DNA of 64,000 nucleotides from an uncultured bacterium (GTDB lineage Bacteria > Verrucomicrobiota > Verrucomicrobiia > Verrucomicrobiales > DEV007). Location of the stretch: positions 1 through 64,000 of the forward strand of contig CAXBMO010000015.1 in assembly GCA_963977015.1 (NCBI GenBank), given 5' to 3'. The notes under the pieces are model-generated. The model ran no database searches. It saw only the letters and a program-made list of their open reading frames with translations, and was not told the DNA's origin. The stretch's first letter is position 1, and each line of letters starts with the position of its first letter. Of the stretch, positions 17,763-26,855 are shown in pieces. Both the position numbers and the translations under genes were made by a program.

Positions 17763-17811
17763 ATACCTAACTATATCCACTTTTGGATATAAATAGGCAG
17801 AAGTCGATAGA
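17763..17811. repeat. Palindromic element B downstream of the AAA ATPase gene
   Basis: Core TATATCCA-CTTT-TGGATATA (17772-17791) with outer CCTA/TAGG arms; same symmetry axis as element A when aligned. Confidence 0.75.
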
Positions 17812-17817
17812 ATCACC

Positions 17818-18729
17818 ATGAAACCCGAACCGATCTGGATCCATTCCTCCCGCCAAATGGCCGCGGTGGCGAGTTTACGCCAATCCAGCCTGCCGAGCGG
17901 GAAAATCCCACATCTCTTTCACTACGAAGGACTTCGACAAAGCCAACTCTGGATGGAGGTGGCCCGGGCTCATGCTCCCAATACCGAGTCGACCTATCAT
18001 AAGATCTTCCAAGTGGCGCGGGAATGGATGGGAGACGAGCCGATTCATGTGGTGGGGCTTGGCGCGGGTGGCGCTTCGAAGGAACGCAAGCTGCTCGAAG
18101 GATTGACGAAACCGCAGTTTACGCCGGTGGATGTGAGCGATTCGCTCGCGCTGCTTTCCGCGCAGCAGACCCGGGATTTGACCGAACAACCGCCAAAGCC
18201 GCTAGTTGCGGACCTTCTTGCCTATCCGGACCTGCCGGAATGGTTGGATGAATTTGATTCCGGCCGGAAACGCCTCTTCACCGCCTTCGGTTTGACCCCG
18301 AACACGGCTCCGAGCGAGCTTCTTCCGGTGTTGCGCGGCTTTCTGCGCCCGGAAGACGCCCTTCTCGTCAGCGCGAACCTGTTCACGAGCGTTGACGATG
18401 TCATGAGCCAATACGACAACCCGGAAACGCGTGCCTGGCTTTCCCAGGTATTGATCGATTGGGGAATTCGCGATCGGCTGAGCAAACCGGCCTTCCGCTG
18501 GGGCGAAATCGATGGTCAAACCGCGGTCATCGCGGAATCGCGTTGGCTGGAGGACGCTGATTTGGAATGGGAAGGCGAAATGTTCCACGTGGAACAATCC
18601 CAGGTTTTGCGCCTGTTTTTCAGCATTCGTTACACCCGGGAAACGTTCGACAAGGTGCTGAGCGCGAACCAACTCCAACCCAAATCCGGTGCCACGGGTG
18701 GAGATTACATCTGTTTGGTGGAACGATGA
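17818..18729 (+). CDS. EgtD-like SAM-dependent methyltransferase (Methyltransf_33-like)
   Basis: P.LFHY.GLRQSQLW, GLGAGGASKE, PVDVS, YDN and FFSIRYT motifs; divergent member. Confidence 0.65.
   Translation: MKPEPIWIHSSRQMAAVASLRQSSLPSGKIPHLFHYEGLRQSQLWMEVARAHAPNTESTYHKIFQVAREWMGDEPIHVVGLGAGGASKERKLLEGLTKPQFTPVDVSDSLALLSAQQTRDLTEQPPKPLVADLLAYPDLPEWLDEFDSGRKRLFTAFGLTPNTAPSELLPVLRGFLRPEDALLVSANLFTSVDDVMSQYDNPETRAWLSQVLIDWGIRDRLSKPAFRWGEIDGQTAVIAESRWLEDADLEWEGEMFHVEQSQVLRLFFSIRYTRETFDKVLSANQLQPKSGATGGDYICLVER
18581..18596. other. parS site inside the EgtD-like CDS
   Basis: Perfect TGTTCCACGTGGAACA, read as M-F-H-V-E-Q. Confidence 0.88.
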
Positions 18730-19475
18730 CGTCACTCCTTTTCAACCCGGAATTCTCGGTCGTCGATGAGTCTCCGGACTGGATTGTGGCCGACAAACCG
18801 GCCCATCTCCTGAGCCATCCGAACAAACCGGGCAACCCGCCGACCTTGCTCGATGGTCTGGAGGGACTTTATGCGTTTGAAATCGCGAATGGAGCGCAAA
18901 TCTCGGTCATCACGCGGCTCGACCGCGATACGAGCGGTTTGGTTCTGCTTGCGAAGAGCTCGGAATCGACCCGCGATCTCAGCCTGGCGATTCAATCCGG
19001 CGCGATCGAGAAGGAGTATCTTGCTCTGGTTTGGGGATGGCCGTCGGAGGACGAATGGGAGGTCGATGCCCCCATTTTGCGGCTGGGAGAGGTCGAGGAG
19101 GCCAGGATTTGGCTGAAACGCGGCGTTCACCGCGACGGAAAGGCGAGCCGAACGCGTTTTCGGGTCGAATCCCGGTTCGAGCGCTCCACCACCAACGGAT
19201 CCCGCTTTTCGCTGATCCGCGCGTTCCCTTTGACCGGGCGCATGCACCAAATCCGGATTCATCTGGCGCATTCCGGCTTTCCGGTCGTGGGCGACAAAAT
19301 CTACGGGCCGGATGAGCAAAACTACCTCGAGTTCATCGAAACGGGTTGGACCGAATCGCTGTCGAAACGCCTGCTTCTCGATCGACACGCACTTCATGCC
19401 CATCGTCTGCGGTTCGGAGAGTTGGAGTGGGAGGCACCGCTTCACTCCGACATGGCCGGTTTTCTCGCCATTTAG
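18726..19475 (+). CDS. RluA family pseudouridine synthase
   Basis: DKPA, RLDRDTSG, KEYLALV, TGRMHQIRIH and VVGDKIYG; ATGA overlap with the upstream stop. Confidence 0.93.
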   Translation: MTSLLFNPEFSVVDESPDWIVADKPAHLLSHPNKPGNPPTLLDGLEGLYAFEIANGAQISVITRLDRDTSGLVLLAKSSESTRDLSLAIQSGAIEKEYLALVWGWPSEDEWEVDAPILRLGEVEEARIWLKRGVHRDGKASRTRFRVESRFERSTTNGSRFSLIRAFPLTGRMHQIRIHLAHSGFPVVGDKIYGPDEQNYLEFIETGWTESLSKRLLLDRHALHAHRLRFGELEWEAPLHSDMAGFLAI

Positions 19476-20395
19476 CTCTCCAGATTGAGCTTCAGCTTGG
19501 GCAGATACCCTCGGTTGATGCTGTGATCCTCGACGTTGGCGACGTTCGACTTAAAGTCCCTCCGCTCTTGCACGGTTTCATAAAGACCATGTTTTCTGAC
19601 ATGTTCTGCAAACTGCTTGAACTCTTCAGGAGAGAGCGAAGGCCCGAATTTGCGTCTGGTTTCCGTCACTTGATCCTCCAAGACCGCTCCGGCGGGATCA
19701 AACTGGATCAACTTGCCAACGTGGCGATAGAGCGGAGCCGGAGGAATCATCGTCACGATGTCGCGATGGTTCACGAACCGGAAAAACGCTCCCTCAAACT
19801 GCTCGTTCATGGATTTCGCAAACTTGGCGTTGCCAACCCGAGGTTGCCCAAAGGTGTAGATCGATACGATCGATTCCCGGTCAAACTTGGTCGCGATTCT
19901 AGCCGCCACAAGAGTGGCGATGGCACCTCCGAGGCTGTGGCCGGAAATGACGATCTTCTTGCCGCTGCTTTTCGACAACGCCATCAGCGGAATGATGACC
20001 GCGTCCCAAATCTGATTCAGCGCGCGCCAAAACCCGGTATGAATGCGGCCGGGAACATCAAACCAGATGTGACGCTGTTTCGCTTGAAGGTTGAGTTTCC
20101 AATCTTCTTTTCCCTTCGATCCGCGAATCACCAGAACGAAGCGTTCTTCGGTCTCCAAAACCATTCCCTGAGTCGCGTTCAACGAAAAGGGATTCATTTG
20201 GCTCCCCAAGTCTGCCAATCCTGCTCCCTGACCTCCAATCTCGCGAGTTACCCGCTCGGTATCGTCATCGTAAACCAGGAAGGAGGCGTGACCCAACGCG
20301 TAGGCTGCTCGAAACGAGAACGCGTCGGTCGCCAGCGAGTCTGAAGCAAACTCAAAGGGCAGTTCAGGTTCCGTTCCGGTTTCTCCATAGCTCAC
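19472..20395 (-). CDS. Lipase class 3 family protein
   Basis: VIRGS, IHTGF, GHSLGG nucleophile elbow, YTFGQPRVGN and DIVT..PP. Confidence 0.9.
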   Translation of the reverse strand: MSYGETGTEPELPFEFASDSLATDAFSFRAAYALGHASFLVYDDDTERVTREIGGQGAGLADLGSQMNPFSLNATQGMVLETEERFVLVIRGSKGKEDWKLNLQAKQRHIWFDVPGRIHTGFWRALNQIWDAVIIPLMALSKSSGKKIVISGHSLGGAIATLVAARIATKFDRESIVSIYTFGQPRVGNAKFAKSMNEQFEGAFFRFVNHRDIVTMIPPAPLYRHVGKLIQFDPAGAVLEDQVTETRRKFGPSLSPEEFKQFAEHVRKHGLYETVQERRDFKSNVANVEDHSINRGYLPKLKLNLES

Positions 20396-20438
20396 GACGC
20401 GAACCTAGAAGCGCCAAAGAGGCTGTCCAGCGACAAAT

Positions 20439-20870
20439 TCAGGGCGAACTCGCGCCCAGACGAACGCCGTCAGGCCACGGCGCGCCTTCCATGATCCAGC
20501 GATACACCAGCGTGCTTTGTTCTTCCGTCAATTGATGACCATCTGCCGGCATCGCTTCAACAAAGTAGTCCGGAAGCTGGGTCACGAGGAAAAAGGTGCT
20601 CTTTTCTGCCTTTCCGGGGACCAAAATCGGACGACGAGGCGTGGTGGCGGCCAAAATGCTCTCGCGGGTCGCCATGCTGAAGGCGACCTCAGAATTGGCA
20701 TGATGGCAATGGAGACATTGGGCTTCCAGAATCGGCTGAATCTGGCGCTGAAAGTCGATCGGCTCCAAATCAACGGCATACGTGGGAGGATCAACGCTGG
20801 GAAGCGGCTTCTGGACGGCACAACTCGATAGGCAAACCGCCAGGGTCGCGAGAAGGAAAGGGGTCTTCAT
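20439..20870 (-). CDS. Planctomycete-type cytochrome c lipoprotein
   Basis: Lipobox LSSC; DFQRQIQPILEAQCLHCH, VPGKAEKS, MP and WIMEGA. Confidence 0.8.
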   Translation of the reverse strand: MKTPFLLATLAVCLSSCAVQKPLPSVDPPTYAVDLEPIDFQRQIQPILEAQCLHCHHANSEVAFSMATRESILAATTPRRPILVPGKAEKSTFFLVTQLPDYFVEAMPADGHQLTEEQSTLVYRWIMEGAPWPDGVRLGASSP

Positions 20871-20939
20871 GACCTTAAATTGGAGGAACTTTACAGTTCC
20901 GACATCCCGCAAATTGCGAAGTCCCGGTCGCGGCTTGGG

Positions 20940-22151
20940 CTATCGCTTCCAGAAACCCAGTTTTTCCCCGAGCTGGATCCAGCCCGATGACGCGCATCGT
21001 TTCTGGAGGGACTCCAGTTTTTCCGCCGGGCTTTTCCCATCGTTGGAGCCCAACTTGCGACAAAGCCCTAGCGTTTGTCCGAGGGAAATCCAATGCGAAT
21101 CCTGGAGCCGGGCACGCAACCGGGTCAGCTCCTTCAACGCGGAGTTATCGCTTTTCGTCTCCGATTGGCTGCGTTTCAACTCACCCACCTTCTCAGCCAA
21201 AACGCTCGGGTCCTGGCTCTCGTTGACCAACGCCGACCCCGGATAGCGATTGAGTTCCTCGACGTTTAAATCAGCAACCACCTTTGCCAAACTGGAAGAT
21301 TCGACTCCCGCAAGCGACTGAGCCAGCGTTACTTGCAGCAACCCGGGATGAAGCGCGGAGATGCTCTTCCCGTTTCCGCGGGTGTAGTGGTAAAACCGCT
21401 TCCGAACTTCATCCTGGGTCAATTCCGGGGCGATGTAGCGATACAAATCGAGGTGCATCTGCAGCATTTCGCGAAGCAGCGGCGCCGGATCGACGTTCAT
21501 CGTGTTGTTGGCGTGAACCCGGTAGCGCATGAGCGGTTCGCGCACGATGTGGAGCTTCCCCCGAAGGGCGGCGCCGGCGAGAAAAAAGTAGTCGTGGTTG
21601 AAGCGGTAGGGTCGAAACAGGTTCTCGCGCAGGTACTTCGATCGCACGATGAGATTGCCGGTCGTCGCCGGGAAATTGGCCATGCCAAGCCATTCACAAA
21701 GGTCCAGATTCTCATCATCTCCAATCGCCCAGGCTGTTCGGAACCACTTGGCTCGCGACGAATCCTCCGGAAGCGGACTCCCATCGTCATCAATGAGATT
21801 CAACTCGGAGGAGACCACGGAAATCGCCTCGTCCGCAAAGGAGGGGAGGCATTGTTCGAACCGCGCCGGCTCGTAAAGATCATCCGAGTTGAGAATGCTG
21901 ATGAGATCGCAATCTTCCGCCACGGTCTCGATTGCCCGGTTCAAGGTGTTGTGGGCGCCGGCATTCTCCTGAACCACGCACTCCACGCCCTCTTTTTCAT
22001 AGCGTCGAATGACCTCCACAGAGCCGTCCTTTGACCCGTCATCGATGATCAGAAACCTTTCGGGAGGACGCGTCTGCCCGAGCACTGACTCGATCGCGGC
22101 CGCGACATAGCGCTCATGGTTGTAGCAGGGAATGACGACAGCGAGTTTCAT
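20940..22151 (-). CDS. Glycosyltransferase family 2
   Basis: VVIPCYNH, IIDDGSKDGS, NAGAH..N and LNSDD; C-terminal coiled segment. Confidence 0.9.
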   Translation of the reverse strand: MKLAVVIPCYNHERYVAAAIESVLGQTRPPERFLIIDDGSKDGSVEVIRRYEKEGVECVVQENAGAHNTLNRAIETVAEDCDLISILNSDDLYEPARFEQCLPSFADEAISVVSSELNLIDDDGSPLPEDSSRAKWFRTAWAIGDDENLDLCEWLGMANFPATTGNLIVRSKYLRENLFRPYRFNHDYFFLAGAALRGKLHIVREPLMRYRVHANNTMNVDPAPLLREMLQMHLDLYRYIAPELTQDEVRKRFYHYTRGNGKSISALHPGLLQVTLAQSLAGVESSSLAKVVADLNVEELNRYPGSALVNESQDPSVLAEKVGELKRSQSETKSDNSALKELTRLRARLQDSHWISLGQTLGLCRKLGSNDGKSPAEKLESLQKRCASSGWIQLGEKLGFWKR

Positions 22152-22205
22152 GCGCCGCCAATCAGGGCTCAAACCTCCCATCAGGTCAAGAACTGGACGC
22201 GCCGA

Positions 22206-24890
22206 TCACGAATTCGAGCGTTTCGACGCCCGCTCGCGGACGAGACTCACGACGAGTGACGTCCAACCGGTTTGGTGACTCGCGCCGAGCCCTTCACCGG
22301 TCTCTCCATGGAAGTACTCATGGAAGAGCATGAGATTCTGCCAGGGCTCCTCGTCGCTGTAACGCTTGGCGACACCGCCACCAAAACAGGGTCGATATCC
22401 GGTCTTGTTCTTCTGAAAAATCGAGATGAGCCGTTCGCTGATGAGATCGGCGAGTTGGGCGAGGTTTAACTGATTGCCCGATCCCGCCGGCGCCTCGATC
22501 GTGAACGTGTCGCCGTAAAAATGGTGATAGCGCCGCAACGATTCGACAATCAGGTAGCTGGTGGGAAACCAGATCGGGCCTCGCCAGTTGGAGTTGCCCC
22601 CAAACATCCAGGAGTCGCTTTCGCCCGCCACGTATTGAACCTCGTTGTATTCCCCGGCGTGGCTGAACCGAAAAGGCTCCTTTTCATGAATCTTGCTGAG
22701 CGATCGAATCCCAAACGGACTGAGAAACTCGTCCTCATTCACCAGGCGCTCCAAGCAACGGCGCAAACGCTCCCGGGAAGGAATGGCAAGCAGGCGAAGG
22801 GAGTTTCCGTTCGCTCCGCAAGGTCCGCATTCTCCATAACTGATGTGCTTTGCCAGCTCCTTGCGGTTGTCCAGAAACCAGTTCATCCGTTTCTTGAATC
22901 CCGGAAGCGCATCAATCGTTTTTTGTTCCAACGTGGCAACCGCGATCATCGGAAGCAGCCCGACGAGGGAACGCACCTTGAGCGGGATCGGGTTCTTGTG
23001 ATCGATGATGAGTTGATCGTAGTAGAAGCCGTCTTCCTCGTCCCATAAGCCGTCCCCGCCAAGGGAGTTGATGGCGTCGGTGATGTTGACGAAGTGCTCG
23101 AAAAACTTGGACGCAATGTCTTCGTAGGCTGGACGTTTCAAGGCCAGCTCAAGCGACATCGAGAGCATCAGGAGGCAATAGGACGCCATCCACGCGGTGC
23201 CGTCCGCCTGATTGAGGTGCCCCCCACCGGGAAGCGGTCGGGAACGGTCAAAGACTCCGATGTTGTCGAGCCCGAGGAACCCGCCACCAAAGACATGGCG
23301 ACCTTCCACATCCTTGCGATTCACCCACCAGGTGAAGTTCAACAGCAGCTTCTGGAAGGCGCGCTCCAAGAAATCGAGATCGCGCTGTCCCTTGGGATCG
23401 GCGATCTTGTAAACCCGCCAAACCGCCCAAGCATGCACCGGAGGATTAACATCGGAGAAGTTCCACTCATAGGCGGGAAGCTGTCCGTTGGGGTGCATGT
23501 ACCATTCCCGCAACAACAACAGCAACTGGCTTTTGGCGAAATCCGGATCGACCCGGGCAAACGGCATCATGTGAAACGCGGTGTCCCAGGCCGCGAACCA
23601 AGGATACTCCCATTTGTCCGGCATCGAGAGAATGTCGCGGGCGTAAAAGTGGGACCAATCGTGATTGCGGCCATGTTCGCGAGTGTCCGGGATGTTCGGC
23701 TCGTCGGATTTTCCGTGAATCCAGTCCTCGACGATGAATTCATAAAACTGCTTCGTCCAAAGCAGTCCGGCATAGCCCTGACGACAGATCATGGCCTCTT
23801 CCTCGCCAACCCCTTTCGGCACCAGCTCCTCGTAAAACGCATCGCACTCGGCGATCCGGGCCGAGTAGGTTTCCTCGTAGTCGGCCAGGCCGCTAATTCC
23901 GTTGTCCTCCTCAACCGGATGGAGGCGACAGCGGACCGTCACCGTTTCGCCGGGTGGAACCAGCAGCTCCCAATGCGCCGCTCCCTTGGTCCCACGAAGT
24001 TCCGGATTCACCACTCCTTCCTCGCTGTCGATCAGATGCCGGTGAAAGGCGTCCTTGGTGAACGGTGAAGTGTTCTCCGTGCCGAAAATCCGCTCGAAGT
24101 TGGTTTCATTCTCCGTGAAGAGCCATTCGGGCTGCGTTTCTCCGTCCGCGTCACTGTGGAACAAAAATTCTCCCAGATCGGCGTGTTGAATCCGAATCGC
24201 GCCGATCTCCTGATCGAACACCATTTCCGGCTTTTCCGGACATTCCTGATAGCTTCCCCCCCAGGTCCACACATTGCGAAACCACAAGGTCGGCAGAACG
24301 TGAATCGGCGCCGGGTCTTTCCCGTGATTCATGATGCTTAGCTTCCACAGCAAGTCATTGGGACTGCGTTTGGCGACTTCCTGGACCACATCAAAATAGG
24401 CGCCGTCTTGAAACAAACCCAGGTCCGCCAGCTCAATCTCGCCCAATTTTTTGTCCTGAGCCTGGTTCTTTCGCACCAGATCACCGTAGGGAAATCTGTT
24501 TTGGGGGTATTTGTAGAGCCCCTTGGTGTAGGAATGGGTGGGAGTCGCGTCGAGATAGAAATAGCACTCCTTCACGTCTTCACCGTGATTGCCTTCCTTT
24601 CCGCTCAGGCCAAACAAACGCTCTTTGAGAATGGCGTCCTTTCCATTCCAAAGTGCGGGGGCAAAACAAATTCGGCATTCGCGATCCGTCCAGCCCATCA
24701 AGCCATCCTCGCCCCAGCGATAGGCGCGGCTCCGTGCCTGATCGTGGGTGAAATATTCCCAGCTTTCCTGGTGCCCCGAATAGTCCTCCCTTACCGTTCC
24801 CCATTGACGCTCAGGAAGATAGGACCCCCAACGTTTCCAGTTTTTTTCTCGGGTTCGGTCTTCGGTCAGGCGCTGTTTTTCGTGATTCAT
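22206..24890 (-). CDS. GH63/MGH1-like glucosidase
   Basis: ERQWGTVREDYS, MPDKWEYPWFAAWD, GNSNWRGPIW and GLGASHQTGWT. Confidence 0.9.
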   Translation of the reverse strand: MNHEKQRLTEDRTREKNWKRWGSYLPERQWGTVREDYSGHQESWEYFTHDQARSRAYRWGEDGLMGWTDRECRICFAPALWNGKDAILKERLFGLSGKEGNHGEDVKECYFYLDATPTHSYTKGLYKYPQNRFPYGDLVRKNQAQDKKLGEIELADLGLFQDGAYFDVVQEVAKRSPNDLLWKLSIMNHGKDPAPIHVLPTLWFRNVWTWGGSYQECPEKPEMVFDQEIGAIRIQHADLGEFLFHSDADGETQPEWLFTENETNFERIFGTENTSPFTKDAFHRHLIDSEEGVVNPELRGTKGAAHWELLVPPGETVTVRCRLHPVEEDNGISGLADYEETYSARIAECDAFYEELVPKGVGEEEAMICRQGYAGLLWTKQFYEFIVEDWIHGKSDEPNIPDTREHGRNHDWSHFYARDILSMPDKWEYPWFAAWDTAFHMMPFARVDPDFAKSQLLLLLREWYMHPNGQLPAYEWNFSDVNPPVHAWAVWRVYKIADPKGQRDLDFLERAFQKLLLNFTWWVNRKDVEGRHVFGGGFLGLDNIGVFDRSRPLPGGGHLNQADGTAWMASYCLLMLSMSLELALKRPAYEDIASKFFEHFVNITDAINSLGGDGLWDEEDGFYYDQLIIDHKNPIPLKVRSLVGLLPMIAVATLEQKTIDALPGFKKRMNWFLDNRKELAKHISYGECGPCGANGNSLRLLAIPSRERLRRCLERLVNEDEFLSPFGIRSLSKIHEKEPFRFSHAGEYNEVQYVAGESDSWMFGGNSNWRGPIWFPTSYLIVESLRRYHHFYGDTFTIEAPAGSGNQLNLAQLADLISERLISIFQKNKTGYRPCFGGGVAKRYSDEEPWQNLMLFHEYFHGETGEGLGASHQTGWTSLVVSLVRERASKRSNS

Positions 24891-24937
24891 AGGCGATGGA
24901 GCGTCGTCGCGAAGCAAGATTCTTGCCGAACTGGAAC

Positions 24938-25087
24938 TCAGCGCAGAATCCATTCGCGCGCCGCGGCGATTCGGTCCTCCACACCAAGCTTCTCATCGCT
25001 CTTCCCGCAATGCTTTTCCACGGGGCGATTGGATCGGTGGATCCGTTGGACTGCCTCGAAAAGCTTGATCCGACGGCGTTGCTTCAT
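24938..25087 (-). CDS. Possible 49-aa small protein, below the ORF-track cutoff
   Basis: MKQRRRIKLFEAVQRIHRSNRPVEKHCGKSDEKLGVEDRIAAAREWILR, translated by hand; lies just upstream of, and co-oriented with, the glucosidase. Confidence 0.35.
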   Translation of the reverse strand: MKQRRRIKLFEAVQRIHRSNRPVEKHCGKSDEKLGVEDRIAAAREWILR

Positions 25088-25245
25088 CTCTGCCGCTTGC
25101 AAATTTTTATCGTTCCCGGCCCATTTGACTCACATATTCCAAAAATCTCGGCGATTTTACGTAGACCTACGTATGGAAAATTTTCCGTCACTCGATCAAG
25201 CTTGAACCCGTTCGATTCTGTCGAACGAAAGGCAAGGTATGACAT

Positions 25246-25306
25246 GGCGTGAGCGCGACCGGTTTGGGCAGCTGGAATTTTAACCCGCGCTCACGCCTCA
25301 TTTTTT
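25246..25306 (+). other. Strong stem-loop with downstream T-run in the lpdA upstream region (terminator/attenuator-like)
   Basis: GGCGTGAGCGCG (25246-25257) and CGCGCTCACGCC (25286-25297) form a perfect 12-bp stem, followed by TCATTTTTT. Confidence 0.55.
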
Positions 25307-25426
25307 CCCGATGGCCTCCTGATTTCAAGCTTGAATCAAGACTTCGTGTCATCAGGCGAACAATCACTTTACCGCTCCCAACTTCCGGCTAGGTTCGGGC
25401 GGTTTTTCCCATCCAACTACGATATC

Positions 25427-26812
25427 ATGTCAGATAAATACGATCTCATCGTCATTGGCGGCGGCCCAGGGGGCTACGTTGGCGCGATCCGGGCTGCCCA
25501 GCTCGGTAAAAAAGTTGCCTGTGTCGAAATGGACCGCGCGGGCGGCACCTGTTTGAACTGGGGTTGCATCCCCACCAAGTCGCTTCTCAAGAATGCGGAG
25601 TTGTTTCAGACACTGAGCCACGAAGCAGATCAATTCGGCCTGAAGATTGACGGATTGAGCTACGATTGGGAAAAAGTCATCGGCCGGAGCCGCGGAGTTT
25701 CCAACCAGCTCGCCGGCGGAATCGAGTTCCTCTTCAAGAAGAACAAGGTCGACTACATCCGCGGAAAAGGCACCCTGGCCGGAAACGGCAGCGTGGATGT
25801 GGAGGACGCCGACGGAAACAAATCCACGATCAACGGGACCAACATTCTCGTTGCCACGGGTTGCGTCAGTCGCCCAATGCCCGGCTTGCCCTTCAACGGA
25901 ACCACCGTGATCGGCAGCAAGGAAGCGATGGTGATGCCCAAGCAGCCGAAAGACATCGTCATCATCGGCGCAGGCGCCATCGGGATCGAGTTTGCCTATT
26001 TCTTCAACGCTTTCGGCACCAAGGTAACGGTGGTCGAGATGATGCCGAACATTCTGCCGGTCGAAGACACCGAAGTCAGCGCGACTCTCGAAAAATCCTT
26101 CAAAAAGCAGGGAATCGACGTTCGCACCTCGACCAAGGTGGTGGAGACGAAAGCGACCGACTCCGGTGTGGAAATCACGGTCGAAGGCAAAAAGACTGAA
26201 ACGATCAGCGCGGAAGTTTGCCTCGTTGCGATCGGTGTTTCGCCCGTCGTTCCCGGTGGACGCGAAATCAAAAAGGACGAGCGCGGCTACATCAAGGTCG
26301 ACGATCGCTACCAGACCAGCATCCCCAAAGTGTTTGCCTGTGGCGACATCACCGGTCCTCCATGGCTCGCCCACACCGCTTCGTATGAGGCGATTCAGGC
26401 CGTGAACGGAATTTTTGATTCCGGGTATTCGCCGAAGAAAGTCGATGTCTTCCCCGGTTGCACCTACTGCCAGCCTCAGGTTGCGAGCGTCGGTCTCACC
26501 GAGAGAGCGGCCAAAGAAAAAGGTCTCGAAATCAAAGTCGGCAAGTTCCCGTTCCAGGCGAGCGGGAAGGCGTTGGCCGTTGGCGAACCCGAAGGCTTCG
26601 TGAAGCTGATTTTCGGTCAACCCCACGGCGAAATCATCGGCGCCCACATCATCGGTCACGAAGCGACCGAGATGATCGCGGAAATGGGACTCGGAATCAC
26701 CCTGGAAGCGACTTACGAGGACATCGAAGCCACGATTCACGCGCACCCGACCCTGAGCGAAGCGGTTCACGAAGCGACGAGCGCGGCTTACGGCCACGCC
26801 GTTCACATCTAG
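25427..26812 (+). CDS. lpdA: Dihydrolipoyl dehydrogenase
   Basis: GGGPGGY, GGTCLNWGCIPTK redox disulfide, GAGAIG and HAHPTLSE. Confidence 0.97.
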   Translation: MSDKYDLIVIGGGPGGYVGAIRAAQLGKKVACVEMDRAGGTCLNWGCIPTKSLLKNAELFQTLSHEADQFGLKIDGLSYDWEKVIGRSRGVSNQLAGGIEFLFKKNKVDYIRGKGTLAGNGSVDVEDADGNKSTINGTNILVATGCVSRPMPGLPFNGTTVIGSKEAMVMPKQPKDIVIIGAGAIGIEFAYFFNAFGTKVTVVEMMPNILPVEDTEVSATLEKSFKKQGIDVRTSTKVVETKATDSGVEITVEGKKTETISAEVCLVAIGVSPVVPGGREIKKDERGYIKVDDRYQTSIPKVFACGDITGPPWLAHTASYEAIQAVNGIFDSGYSPKKVDVFPGCTYCQPQVASVGLTERAAKEKGLEIKVGKFPFQASGKALAVGEPEGFVKLIFGQPHGEIIGAHIIGHEATEMIAEMGLGITLEATYEDIEATIHAHPTLSEAVHEATSAAYGHAVHI

Positions 26813-26855
26813 ATTTCGGCCGCGTTTGCTGTCGACCGGACGAAGTTGACCTGGG

